This document shows, piece after piece, positions 28,390 to 40,880 of a DNA stretch of 64,000 nt. This stretch comes from Octopus sinensis (taxonomy: Eukaryota), in the NCBI RefSeq assembly GCF_006345805.1, contig NC_043014.1, positions 26,660,001-26,724,000 on the forward strand, read 5' to 3'. Position 1 is the first letter of the stretch, and each line of letters opens with the position of its first letter. The notes beneath the pieces were generated by a model that saw only the letters and a program-made list of their open reading frames with translations, was not told where the DNA came from and searched no databases. The position numbers and the translations under genes are program-made.

Positions 28390-28435
28390 AACACAATGTT
28401 TCGGCTGATATACCCTCCAGCCTTCATCAGGTGTC
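28390..28435 (-). ncRNA. Minimal type I hammerhead ribozyme
   Basis: Same sequence as 15607-15652. Confidence 0.75.
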
Positions 28436-28482
28436 TTGGGGAAATTTCGAACCTGGGTTCTCATTCCTGAGGTATTTTTCGA

Positions 28483-28560
<78 letters not shown>

Positions 28561-28562
<2 letters not shown>

Positions 28563-28633
28563 TCACTGCCTGGAATCGAACTTGGAATCTTGGGGTTAGT
28601 AGCCCACGCTCTTAACCACTACGCCATATGCCC
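28561..28633 (-). promoter_or_regulatory. tRNA-derived Pol III promoter head
   Basis: A box TGGCGTAGTGG, B box GTTCGATTCC, 73 nt; the cloverleaf is imperfect. Confidence 0.8.
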
Positions 28634-28745
28634 GTTTAGTACTACATTTCTGCCGCATTTCTCCAACATACATTTCGGGCTCTTGAAGTCATTCTCATCT
28701 ATGAAATACCTTAGGAATAAGAACCCAAGTTCGACATTTCCCCAA

Positions 28746-28791
28746 GACACCTGATGAAGGCTGGAGAGTATATCAGCCGAAACGTTGTATT
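28746..28791 (+). ncRNA. Minimal type I hammerhead ribozyme with palindromic stem III (AACGTT)
   Basis: GACAC-CTGATGA-A-GGCTG(10 nt)CAGCC-GAAA-C-GTT-GTATT; one mismatch in stem I. Confidence 0.75.
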
Positions 28792-29059
28792 AACAACAAA
28801 CAAGATGAGGATAAATATCCGCCAAATGTAAATAATGTAAATAAGGTGCTTAAAACTAGTTTGGAAAAACAAAATCTATGTAGTGAGAGGGAAGAAATGT
28901 GGGACTGTCGGGGTGAGATTCACCTCAGAGGAGGAGATCAAAAATTACACGACAGCTACCTTGTTTGGGGAGTATTCGGAATTAGAATGCTCAGCATCCC
29001 ACCAGTGATAAACATCTGCTAGTTAATGATTACAATCCCCCTCGACATAGATGAGAAAG

Positions 29060-29480
29060 ATCTCTCTGCTGTTATTTTCCAAGACCCGTCTTTTGATAGC
29101 TTCGAGCTCTACTTCTGTGAACCAACGATTTTTTTTTTATTGCTCTAGTTTGATCACACAGTCTCTGTTCCGTGAGTTGAAACAATCCCTTTTCCCTCCG
29201 ATGATCATACATGCGTTTTCCGTAACCCCTAATTTAAGCACCGTTTTCATCTACCGGGTTGCTCAGGTAGTAACACTCCATGACCACAGCATTAATTTTC
29301 TTGCTCCGTCTACGCCGTGTGTGGTGGTCCCTTTCTGGATATCGACAGGCTGGAGCCGGACCAAAAACTCTGAGCCTTCCAGGTGCAACACTGTCACCAT
29401 CAATGGCTTCAGTTTCATTACCACCGTTATTCACAATATTTTGTTTTTCATTGTCACTCGTAAGAGGTAGCGATTATCAG
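29060..29480 (-). mobile_element. Dong/R4-type LINE N-terminal (Myb/SANT-like) fragment
   Basis: Reads VVMECYYLSNPVDENG and RGYGKRMYDH..TEQRLCDQTRAIKKNRWFTEVELEAI. Confidence 0.75.
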
Positions 29481-29699
29481 GTTGCGCAATTACCAGTGTT
29501 TTTATTGTGACACCATCACTGGATGTATCATTAATCAGGACATGGGCAGGCTCCACCCGCTTCCTTTCATTATTATTATTATCATCATCTCTGATATCAC
29601 TGATATTATTGTTTTTATTTTTTTACTATTTGTCGTTGTTATATTAACAGACTCAGAGGTTACACAGGTGGGGGGAAGTGGTAGTAGTGGTAGTAGGGC

Positions 29700-30760
29700 C
29701 TCAGATTCCTGTGCTATCAGAATAATAGAAGTTGTAGTATTAGCAGCTGCAGTATATTATCATTATGAAATTGTCCATGCATTCTTTTCTTTACCCACCT
29801 ATTTGCAGATTCATTCGTTTCCAATTGCTTGTACAGTGCTTTATCTTTGCACTCTTTCATTCTATACAAGCCTGACCTTCTTAGTTCTCGTAATATTGGT
29901 TCTGTTGCATTTTTACATTCCATGCTATGTTGTTTTCTTTTGTTTTCTTCTCTATTATTCTTATTATCATTATTATTATTATTGTTGTTGTTGTTGTTAT
30001 CATCATTATTGTTATTTAAATGGATAGGGTATTTCTAAGGATGTGGGCAGTACTTGTCGATACATTCTTTTGGATTTCTCTGAGGCATGGTGCTCCTGAG
30101 ATCATATCTAGATGTTTCTGACATCCTTTTTATCATGCCTACGGCACCTAGAATAACAAGAACAGTTCTCGTTTTAAGATTCCACATCCTTTGTATTTCA
30201 ATTTCCAGGTCCTTATATTTACTTAGTTTGTCAAATTCCTTTACAGATATATTTTTATCAGTGGAAACACATCTATTAGTCTACAAGTATTTTGTTCCCT
30301 GTCTTTAATAATTATGTCTGGTCGATTAGCCTGGATCGTTTTTTCAGTGTTGACTGGAAAATCCCAGAGGATAGTGACATTTTTACCTTCGGATAAGGTT
30401 CATACCAGTATGCAGGAGTGTTGATTTTGTAGTGTTTACATATTTTCCAGTGTAAATATTGTCCTACCCTATCGTGGCGATTTTTGTATTCCTTTCGTTT
30501 TGTATTCCCGAGACAAAATGGTCTATTTTTTTGTCAAATGTGTCGCAGAATCTGCATTTAGCGTCAGAACCGTTTTGAAGAAAGTTAATCTGCTTTTTTT
30601 TTTTTGTGAACAAGCTTTGATCTTGTGCCGTCAACATGAAACCTTCACTCTCTGCTTTCAGTCCTGAACTTCTCAGCCACTGACGGGTTGTTGCTTAATC
30701 TACATCAGCATTTCAACTTCCAAGTATATACTGTCCATGCAGAGGCTTCTGGCTCTACCG
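29700..30760 (-). mobile_element. Dong/R4-type LINE C-terminal fragments separated by a microsatellite
   Basis: WVKKRMHGQF at 29717-29923; RLE region at 30020-30760 is similar to 19400-19870. Confidence 0.75.
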
Positions 30761-31759
30761 CTTTTATTTTTATTGTCGCTAACTTAGGTTACATATCTTG
30801 TGCTTGTTATGTTATTGCTATATCAAGTGAAAAGAAGTATATTTATATATCATGAATATTCTTATTTCCTATTTCACTCTGCTTTCAGTACAGGCATTCA
30901 TTTCCATCAAGCTATGTAGTTGAAATGGTAAGAGATGATTCTTATAACATTAACAGCTGATTTTCTCTTAGAACTTACAAAAAATATGTTTCTAGTTTGG
31001 GGAAGAATTACTTAAGTAGAAGTAATATTTCAACACCAGGAAGAATACTTGTATGTACAAACACAATATTAAGAACATAAACATTGATCTTAATGTAGAC
31101 ATTTGTGGATATGACTGGGCTTTCACATAGCTATTCCACCTACTGAAATCAGTAACCGAATCTTCACGTTAAACCCTACCAGCTTAACAAAGGAAAACTC
31201 CTACATATAGAGTACACAAAAGACGAGATTATCATGGTTGGAATGCCATTAGTTATACATCTGTTCGATCAGCATAACTGCAACAATATAATCAAATGAC
31301 GAAACCTCTACACAGTTGTTTGACCTGCTAGAAACAACCACCAAATCCATTTTAACTCATACCCTATATATTGGACCCGATGTAGTTCTGAGTCTGAAAA
31401 ATAAATGAGATGAAGATCTGCTTTATCAGTACATGTCTGGGGTTGACAATAGCGTCTGCATCATCTACAAAGAAAAGAGCTACACCATCATCAACAACAA
31501 CAGCAGCAGTTGCAACAACAGCAGCAGTTGCAACAACAACAACAGGTGCAACGTTAAAACCAACAACAGTAACAGCGGTGGCAGTAATAAACACAGCAAT
31601 TAAAATCAGTAAAACTGATTCCAGTAATTAAATGGATGAGAAAGAAAAAAACATTTGCACTTGTAAACGATTGTGTACGGAGACATAAATATGTTAGGAA
31701 AATAAAAAGGTCAGCAGCCAGCGAAAAGTAACATTACCAAACGAAAGCATTACAAGTAT

Positions 31760-32560
31760 AAAACAAGACGAAACTTTAAATGCAACTTCCACCAAACAAG
31801 GCCATTTGCGAACTTGTTTTTGGAGGAAGACTTCAAAGATATGATTAAAGATCATTTCATGAGTCACACGTGCGAGGAAAGAACTCTTTTCCATAAGGAG
31901 TCGTTATTTTTCACACGAAAAAGCAGGCAAGAAAAAATAATGCCTTCGAAGCTTCGCATTCCAGTAATATTAGTGGTGGTATATTCGTTATCGAAATTGT
32001 CCTGGTTTTCAGAAAAGATTATAGAATTGTATGGTCTTTAGAAAAGATTTTTGAAAACCAGAATAATGACGGTCACAGAGGAAATAATCTTTTGGTTTAA
32101 CGTTGTTTTTCAGGATCTCATTTAAACCAAGAGATGCTCATTGTTATCTTGTGAAGAAGTTCCATTTAATTGTAGAGAGAATTCCTTGGCTTGAAATGAA
32201 CTGAACAATCCATCTTCAAAATCCCAAGCTATCGTATCGAACCTCCCGGTAATAGTAGAATTACATGAAAAAAACTAACTGAAGTGTTTGTTCTTTGTTT
32301 TTGATTTTGTTTTGGGAGGGTGTTTTTAGCTGTTGTTTTTTGGTAGGGGCGACATTTCCCTAAAGTTTGCGATGCGACTTAAAGGCAGAACACTGAACTC
32401 ACCAACGTCATGTGCATTTCTAGATTTAGCAATAACCTGTCTAATGTTGTATAATGCAACAATTTCTGTGACATTTGATTAAGGAAATGTTTCAGAGCAG
32501 GCCTTCTTTCAAAATGATCTCGAAGGATTTTTCAATTCGTTTGACTTCCCTTTTACATTC
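31760..32560 (+). mobile_element. Probable hAT-family transposase remnant
   Basis: Weak by-eye similarity to hAT/ZBED-type transposase segments; broken frames. Confidence 0.35.
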
Positions 32561-32859
32561 GAAAATGTCATCATCATACACATCAAAACGCAACCAGAGA
32601 TGAGGTTTGCAGTAAGTAGTCCATAAAATACTGCGGACGGTTTTTTTTTTTTTCAAAGAAGCTCACAATTAAAATCATTTTTTTAAATAACCATAAAGCT
32701 TTTCCTGGACACCAGTGCTTGATAGTTATCGTATTTTATCGACCCAAGAATAATGGATGTTATAACTGAAATTTTTTGTTGTTATCGTTTATCCCTGCCT
32801 TTAACTCTGATTATATTGTCTTTTTAGACGTTTCCCATCATAATCAGATATAATCTGCT

Positions 32860-34500
32860 CTCAGTAGATTCATTCTCTATGGATCGCCATGGCAGTCGTC
32901 CTTGTACATTTCCTGTGTTTGCAGTCTGTCCTTATACATTTACTGATTTGTAGTCTATTCAACTCTGGGATTATCTATCCATGTAATATTTTGTTTTCTC
33001 CTCTCTCTTCCTTCCTTCATTTAGACTTGACAGTTTCTGTGAACAATTTACCCTAAATCAAGAGTTCAGAATATTTGGGTTTTCTCTGATTGTAATGTTC
33101 TTCCTTGATACTGATTTTGTTTTTTCGGTTCATTTTCATTTTATAATACATAGTTACTGGAGTTAAACGGTTCTGTGGACCATCTTTTTTGAGAGTCAAT
33201 AAAGCATTATTGGCTGTATCACTAAGTTGTTGATGTTCATATCTCTTATTGATATTCCTCGCATGTCTTCACTTCTCCGAAGATTTCATCCAATTGTTTA
33301 AATAGGCTACAGGATAGTATACAACCTTGCCTACTTCTATTCCTAATCTTAAGTTCTGGTTTTTTCTTCGGTGAGTTCTTATCAACTTTGTTTGCTTCCA
33401 TACGTATTTATTACAATAATACGCAACAGTAATATGCAACTATAACCTGTGTTTTTATAGACATTAGAATATCTAATCTGTTAAATATTTTCGCATAATC
33501 TATAAAACATGTAAATATGATTTATATCTAGATCTTTTTTGCAAGTACTTTTAAGTTATCTATTTCTTCATAAATTTATGGTCTAAACCACTTTGCAGCT
33601 GATTTATTTCTTAATTTATTTCTGATGTAATTCTTTCCTGTATGATTTTCAACAATAACTTAGCCACGGGTCTCATTACATTTATAGTGTGGTATTGTGT
33701 TTTACGTTTCTTTGGTCATGAAACAAATACAGTTGATATGTGCTCTCTGTTATATATTATATTACACAAGTCTATTATTAATTTAGTTTATAGCTATGTA
33801 ATGCTTATAATACTTTAGTTAATATTTCATCTAATTTAGTCGTCTTTCCATCTTTTATGACTTTAATGCCTTTTCTGCTTATTTTAATATTTAGTTTCCG
33901 TAACTTTGAAATCGAGCACAGGTGGTCTATTCTCATCATCATACAGATCTTTTAGGTATTCAACTCGTCCCGATGCAATGTGATCATGATCAAACAGTAA
34001 GCTTCCATCTTTACTTTCAATGTTAGATGTTTATGGTTTCACATGTTTTATCATACGTTTCTCTGAATTTATACAGAATTTTTAGTTTTTCATCTTAACT
34101 TTTTTATCAACCAGCTACTTGGTTTCCCTTTTTCTACATTCAGAACACACCACATTATTTAGGCTGTTCTGTCTCTCTTTATCTTTATTCTTGTGCTTTT
34201 TACTTCACTTTTTAAAGTTCTTCGTCAGTTTCTTTTTTCTTCTTTTCTTTTCCGACACAGTTTTGTTTTGTGATGTTTGCACGCAAGTTTTAATCGCATT
34301 TAGTTTCGCTTTTATTTGTACCTTATCAAATGGTTCTTATATTTCTTCTTCAGTGTGTCAATTTTCCTACTTGTTTCCTATTTCTAAATTATATTTCTGT
34401 TTGTATTCTGTCTGCTTGCGCGGGTTTACGTTTAATTATTCTCTTCTTTTAGCCATTTTCATTTTCTTATGTTTGATAAGTAATTTAATTATCACTGGAT
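32860..34500 (-). mobile_element. Degenerate RTE-clade LINE RT fragment
   Basis: Minus strand reads KLLLKIIQERI..EINQLQSG and CFIDYAK-like motifs. Confidence 0.65.
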
Positions 34501-34564
34501 TATCCTCTGAATTGATATCTGTTTGAGAGTGTTTTCGTAAGTTTTCACATGGTTTTTAAAACGC

Positions 34565-34696
34565 TAGTTTATTTGTGTATAATATTTCCTGGTGGCAGCT
34601 GTGTATATTTCTAGTTTATGTGTATAATATGTTTTGGTGGCAGCTGTGTATAATATTTCTAGTTTATCTGTGTATAATATTTCTTGGTGGCAGCTG
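34565..34696 (+). repeat. Minisatellite, about 45 bp x 3
   Basis: GTGTATAATAT..TGGTGGCAGCTG repeated three times. Confidence 0.8.
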
Positions 34697-36417
34697 CTGG
34701 AATAGAGCACTGGTGACTTCTAAATTCTTACTTTGATAATAATGGAATAGTCGGTTACCTTTCTCGTTTCGTTCACTTAATTCGCAAGACATTTTTTCCC
34801 TGCCGATTTTTATCATTAAAATCTTCAGTTACAATTTCAATTTTTTATCTTTGATATATTTTACCACATTATGAATGTTGGGGTGAAAATTTTCAATCAC
34901 TTCATCCTACAGTGGAGGTATATACCTGTTTACTGTTTATATTAAAAGCTTTCCTTCTAGTTGATAGAAGAAAAGACCCTGGCTAAAAACTCTGATTTAT
35001 TAAAGGGGAATCCTACTTCCGTATGAAAGATTAGAAAAAATTCCCTTAACTGCAAGTGCAGTTTTACTATGGAATGTAGGAGTAAATGTATACTGGCCTA
35101 AACGGTTAAAGGATGTAAGGCGTCTGCTGAATGAAGCCTAGTTGTTGGATTCAAATATCTAGCCTTAGAATCGCTGTGCTATTTCGGAAAAGCATAAATT
35201 CGAAAGTAGGGACATTATTTTGGGTGCATAAAAACATTATAGGGAGAGAAGTTTGAAAACATTCGTGGTGAGATTCCTTTGATTTGTACGTATGAAGCCG
35301 TCAAGAAGAATTAGATAAGAGGACAAAATATAAGAAAGTTTCCCTTTTGATACTAACCCGCCTTAGACCTCTCTTAGTTCTATGACACAGCCCTCTTGTT
35401 TTCAAAGCGATTGACAGAATGGATTCCGCTAAAGTTACCCAAGGACTAGGTGGTAATGTTAAACTGGGTGACATATTAAGTCTCTCCATCCAAGAACTCG
35501 TAACTCAAAATACTGCAACGAATACCATAAGACATATCGTCTAACAGTCTAGTAATTCTGCCAATCCACTGCCTCTGCTAGCATTCTGTTTTATGGACTC
35601 TAAAAGGATAAAAAAGCGGAGTTATCCTCGGCATGATTTGAACGCAGATCTCAGAGAACCAGAAAAAATATTATATAGTTTTCTATTCAACGCTCTAACA
35701 ACTTTAACACTTTTTGAGATGACAAATGTAAAACGATGTCACGCTGCAAAATACCATCCGAGGAACCCTTTTCGCCTTGAATAATAAAGGTTTTACCACA
35801 TTCACTATGAAAAGCAGTTGATAGGCAAAAACCTTAGAACACCGGGCAAAATTCTTGTATTTATTTACAACTCTTTAAGTTATGGGTTCAAATACCGCGG
35901 ATTTACAATTCATTTACTCTACTTTTCATTCGTTCAAAATCCATAAGAGTATTGTAGTTGATTTAATTAACGGCTGTGAATATTGTGCTTTAAGATCAGA
36001 TCAGGAGTAAAATCCAACTGCAACAGTATTCTTGTGAAAAGCAAGAGGAGCGCTATGTTGTGTTAACTTTAAAGTGGTGGTGGGGGTTGGGTGGTGATGA
36101 TGCTGATGAGGATGTTGGTGGTAACGACGACGATGCTTGCTCGTTGTACATCTTAATATTGATGCCTATATAATATTTCTGAAAGCCTCTAGATTAAGGT
36201 AATGATGGTTTCCTATTCGAAACCTAAAGAAAAAGATAACAACATGTAAGTGAAATTGAGAGCAATTATTCTGTTTAGTTTCCTATTAAAATGTTTACTT
36301 CTTGTTATGTATGTTAAACTTATTAAGAATGGCATTATTTGCCTCCCAATACAATATATCTAGAATTTCTCCGTTTACTTATATTTTGATTATTCTTATT
36401 TTTTTATCAGATTCTCC

Positions 36418-37254
36418 ATGGACGGAAATTATTCTTTGATACGTAGTTTCACACTTAATAACATTTCTGATATGATAGCTATCTTTGACCAGCTGCAACC
36501 AAAAGAAAGAGAACTTTTACGACGACTCAGTAAAAACAAAGACCTATCAGATTTCCTCAGAGAGACAAGGACTTTATATTTCTTCCCGGAATACCGCCTT
36601 CACAAGATTTTATTGCTTTATGTATCTCCGTTATTACTCGTTCTCGGAACATTTGGTAATATCTTCTCTGTCTTTGTAATGAGACAAAGATCGATAATAA
36701 GAATGACAGCTTACGTGTATCTAATCAACCTAGCTATTGCTGATTCAGTTGTACTCTATATTGGCTTGCTTAGACTTTGGATAAGCGAACTAACTGGAAT
36801 GGATATACGAAATCAAACGTCCTGGCTTTGCAAGCTTGTTGTTTTCTGTGGTTACGTCTCCAGTGATTTCTCCGTCTGGTTAATTATTGCTGTAACCATT
36901 GAACGTTATATTGTTGTCTGTCACCCTCGCAAAGTAAACAACTTTTGCACTGTACAGAGAGCGAAATGGGTTGTCTGTGGCTTGTTGCTCTTGTTCGTTG
37001 CAATCAACATTCACTTCTTTTGGACTATCTCACTAAACGAAAGAAATGTCGACAATAAAATCAGCTATTACTGTAGTAGTCGAAAAGATTTTGATTACTT
37101 AGTGACGGTGTTGTGGCCGTGGGTCGATGCGTTCCTTTACTGTTTTGTCCCGTTTGGCACCATCTTGTCGCTTAACACATTGATCATCCGTCGGATTGTG
37201 ACTCTCAGCCGTGGAACAATAAAGATGCAAATTGCACAAAGTAATTTGTTACAA
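36418..37254 (+). CDS. Class A (rhodopsin-like) peptide-type GPCR, coding exon 1 (N-terminus to ICL3)
   Basis: Acceptor TTTTTATCAG ends at 36410. N-glycosylation sequons NYS and NIS, TM1 GN, TM2 LAIAD, TM3 ERY, TM5 P. Donor CAA|GTAAGT at 37254/37255, phase 0, 279 codons. Confidence 0.93.
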
Positions 37255-37409
37255 GTAAGTACAATCCAAATAAATTTATCGCTATGCATTATGTTTTATA
37301 ATCATGTTCGAGTTAACATATTTTTATATTTACAAAATGTAGGGAACATTATGTAGGAAACATTAAAAAAACCTACTAGAGATAATCATGGGTTAAGGAA
37401 TAAAGAATA

Positions 37410-37971
37410 TTCTTTTCTACTCTAGGTACAAGGCCCGAAATTTTGGGGAAGGGGATCAGTCGATTAAATCAACCCCAGTACGCATCCGAAAGGATGAAAG
37501 GCAAAGTGGACCTCGGCGGAATTTGAACTCAGAACGTAAAGACAGACGAAATACCTATTTCTTTACTACCCACAAGGGGCTAAACACAGAGAGAACAAGC
37601 AAGGACAGACAAACAGACTAAGTCGATTACATCGACCCCAGTGCATAACTGGTACTTATTTAATCGGCCCCGAAAGGATGAAAGGCAAAGTCGACCTCGG
37701 CGGAATTTGAACTCAGAGCGTAGCGGCAGACAAAATACCTATTTCTTTATTACCCACAAGGGGCTAAACACAGAGGGGACAAACAAGGACAGACATAGGT
37801 ATTAAGTCAATAACATCGACCCCGGTGCGTAACTGGTACTTAATTTATCGACCCCGAAAGGATGAAAGGCAAAGTCGACCTCGGCGGAATTTGAACTCAC
37901 AACGTAACGCAGACAAAATACCGCTAAGCATTTCGCCCGGCGTGCTAACGTTTCTGCCAACTCGCAGCCTT
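37410..37971 (-). mobile_element. SINE family B, head plus three tandem ~183 bp units (intronic)
   Basis: Reverse complement of 14700-15290. Confidence 0.85.
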
Positions 37972-38389
37972 AGGAATAAACGATATTAATTGAGGACTAA
38001 TAGTATTCGTTTTTAAGGAAACTCCTGACAGTTTTTAGTATTATCCTGATTTCGTTAGAAGACCATATAGGACACCATATTTTCCAAACAAATGATGAAA
38101 GAATATCTAATTAAAATTTACATAAGTTAGCATAGAAAAAGATAGCATGGTTCAAGGAATGAAATCTTGCTAGTGACAGTTAGTAACGAGGGAGTATTGT
38201 ATTGAGAGCAGAGAAAAAAGGGAAAACAAAGGAAGAAGTACAAAAAGGACATGAAGACATGAAGTTCTTAATATATTACATTCTCACGAGTGTAATATTA
38301 TATCTACATAACACTCCTTGTTTCTCTTCTCTCTGACCGTTATCTCCTTTCTCCGCTCTCTCACTGTCTCTTCCTCCTCTCTCTCTCTC

Positions 38390-38394
38390 TCTCC

Positions 38395-38465
<71 letters not shown>
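38390..38465. repeat. (CT)n microsatellite
   Basis: Direct observation. Confidence 0.95.
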
Positions 38466-38467
<2 letters not shown>

Positions 38468-38639
38468 CCTGCCACTTCGATCAGTATAACTACGCTCCAG
38501 TTCATGGAAAGTTTCTTAAAGGCGCTTCATGTCTGTGAAGGAACATGTGTATTCATATTATAGATACTAATCCACAATTTCATGCACCCAAATGTACTAA
38601 TATTAACGTTTTCGTTTTAATAGTTAAGACTAGTATGTC

Positions 38640-39560
38640 ATTTGCATAATCTAGAGTCTCTGTGGTGGTGTAGCCTAAAGTGTTAAAGGAGATGAACTTT
38701 GCAGATATAAGAGATTATCATGTCTTCAGTCTTGTGACCAAAGAAGCTTGTTAATTGTTGAATTGGTGTGCTTTCTCGCTTTGAAGTAGATGTCATCAGA
38801 ACCAATATTAGATAATATTGAGAGAAACTGCATGTTTTTGGTGAATATGATAAGTTGGGTGCAGAGCGACAATCTGCTGCAGATGAGCTCATTCAAAATG
38901 TAGCCGATTAAATTCTGTACATCACTCTAAAATGTTAGAACACGTAGTTTCAGGAAATGATATTGCCAGGTTGTGTTAGCCATATTCAGCTGCTTGAAAT
39001 GATTATCAATAATTTTACCTGCAAATGCAAAGAATTGTTATTATCACACGTCTACAAAATCGTCAAAAGAAGGCTATACTCGAGTTTTCGCGGCTATGTC
39101 CACCATGTGTAAAGATGGTTTGGGGAAAACATACATAATTTGTAATTATTTTCATTCTGCCTTCTGGCCTTCAAGAAACACATTTTGAGAAAGTGCACGA
39201 AATTGATGCTGATATAGATAGTGATCAAGAATCTAGTAATGTCTTCAACACATGGAACAGCAATGCCGACTAATTAATCTTCATTAAGTTAAATAATGCT
39301 GAAGTACAGATGTAAATGGATATTAACAGTAATGTTATCATCTCTAAGGACTTCTGGATAAGACAAAGAACTTATAAACCACGATCTTCTAATGCCAGTT
39401 ATAAAATTTTCGATGGGTCAATGATCAAACTAATGGAAATTTTAGAATCTGTTTTATAGATGTAACTTAAACATGATACACACTTAGCATAATTGTCGCT
39501 GGTTATCATAAGAAACATGGATGGGATGAATGCGTTGAGATGTTATTGGTATGTCATGTA
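38640..39560 (+). mobile_element. Gypsy LTR retrotransposon gag-protease remnant
   Basis: Around 39300, VQM*MDINSNVIISKDFWI aligns to the retroviral protease DTG region; collinear with the RT at 41230. Confidence 0.5.
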
Positions 39561-39659
39561 ATGGTATTCATCACACGCAGTTTGACTAAAACAGTTACTT
39601 AAATGATTATAAAGTTGAGTGTTAAAATAAAATCTTAAAATAATGTTTTAAGTTACTCT

Positions 39660-40010
<351 letters not shown>

Positions 40011-40709
40011 ATAATTAATTAATAAGGGTGAGAGAATTAGATACTAATTTAATAGTATACCTATTCAACACCAAGTGGCCCAGTGCCCCGAGAAACCTGG
40101 ATTATTATAATATTTTATAACATATTATAATATTTTATACAAAAATAAATATAAGAGAGTGGTCACTATGTGGCTCACTCTAGCACTAGTAATAGATCCA
40201 ATAGGTTTCAACCACAAAAATACATGTTTCCCATGAAAGTCAGTACGATTGTTAGCTCACACGAACAGGGCAAATAAAAAATAACAAAAATACAAATTAT
40301 TTTGGGACAATTGTTTCGCTATTAATGAATTAAATGTAATTTTACTCACAATAACTCACTTGTAGCTCCTCAGCCAAAACTATCTGGATGAAATCCACTC
40401 AATCACACGCCAGATTTTACCATAACGATAAATACACGTGTGGTTCAATTGATTACATCCGACGTTATAATTCAAATGCCCCTACCAACAGCGCGCCAAA
40501 CTTTCACGGAAACAGATACTACATTTAGAAATAAATGCAGCATAATTATAATTAATTAATAAGGGTGAGAGAATTAGATACTAATTTAATAGTATACCTA
40601 TTCAACACCAAGTGGCCCAGTGCCCCGAGAAACCTGGATTATTATAATATTTTATAACATATTATAATATTTTATACAAAAATAAATATAAGAGAGTGGT
40701 CACTATGTG
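40011..40709 (-). mobile_element. Non-coding terminally redundant retrozyme/pLTR-like insert: 537 bp unit, 1.3 copies, one HHR
   Basis: 40011-40172 and 40548-40709 are identical 162 bp direct repeats; inserted exactly at the start of the SINE (TA)n tract. Confidence 0.85.
40299..40380 (-). ncRNA. Intact type I hammerhead ribozyme, GUC cleavage site
   Basis: GTTTTGG-CTGAGGA-GCTA(41 nt)TAGC-GAAA-C-AATT-G-T-C-CCAAAAT; all core nucleotides and three stems present. Confidence 0.9.
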
Positions 40710-40867
40710 ACGACGGGCTTCTTTCAGTTTCCGTCTACTAAATCCACTCACCAGGTTTTGGTTGACCCGAGGCTATAGTAAAAGACTAAGGTACCACGCA
40801 GTGGGACTGAACCCAGAACCATGTGGTTGGTAAGCAAGCTACTTACCACACAGCCACTCCTGCGCCT
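40710..40867 (-). mobile_element. SINE family A head (5' half of the split copy)
   Basis: Reverse complement of 6532-6705; ends in GAAGCCCGTCGT exactly at the insert junction. Confidence 0.88.
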
Positions 40868-40880
40868 AAAATTGTGTGAC

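Larger units (their letters stand above)
28312..28846. mobile_element. Composite PLE-derived insertion: tRNA head-(AAT)n-HHR-pLTR tail (minus), captured target DNA, and an inverted second pLTR piece (plus)
   Basis: 28312-28633 matches 15540-15807 and 54085-54140; flanked by TGCTTAAAACAAG (28299-28311) and TGCTTAAAACTAG (28847-28859). Confidence 0.85.
27700..29050 (+). mobile_element. Tx1-like ORF1 5' fragment, interrupted by the 28312-28846 insertion
   Basis: Start context resembles 21671 (AAGATGG); the frame CGTVGVRFTSEEEIK resembles the ORF1 segment at about 22500. Confidence 0.5.

Noticed and set aside
28561-28633. Functional tRNA gene (also 15736-15807)
   Set aside because: Acceptor and T stems are mismatched, the anticodon loop differs between copies, and there is no T-run terminator; it is a repeat head.
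34119-34526. 135 aa Phe/Leu-rich ORF
   Set aside because: Antisense reading of a Lys-rich RTE remnant.
37255-37356. C-terminal extension of the 312 aa GPCR ORF
   Set aside because: Read-through past a consensus GTAAGT donor; TM6 and TM7 are supplied by the exon at 42484.
40011-40172. 162 bp direct repeats as true LTRs (TRIM)
   Set aside because: No TG..CA ends, PBS, PPT or 4-6 bp TSD seen.
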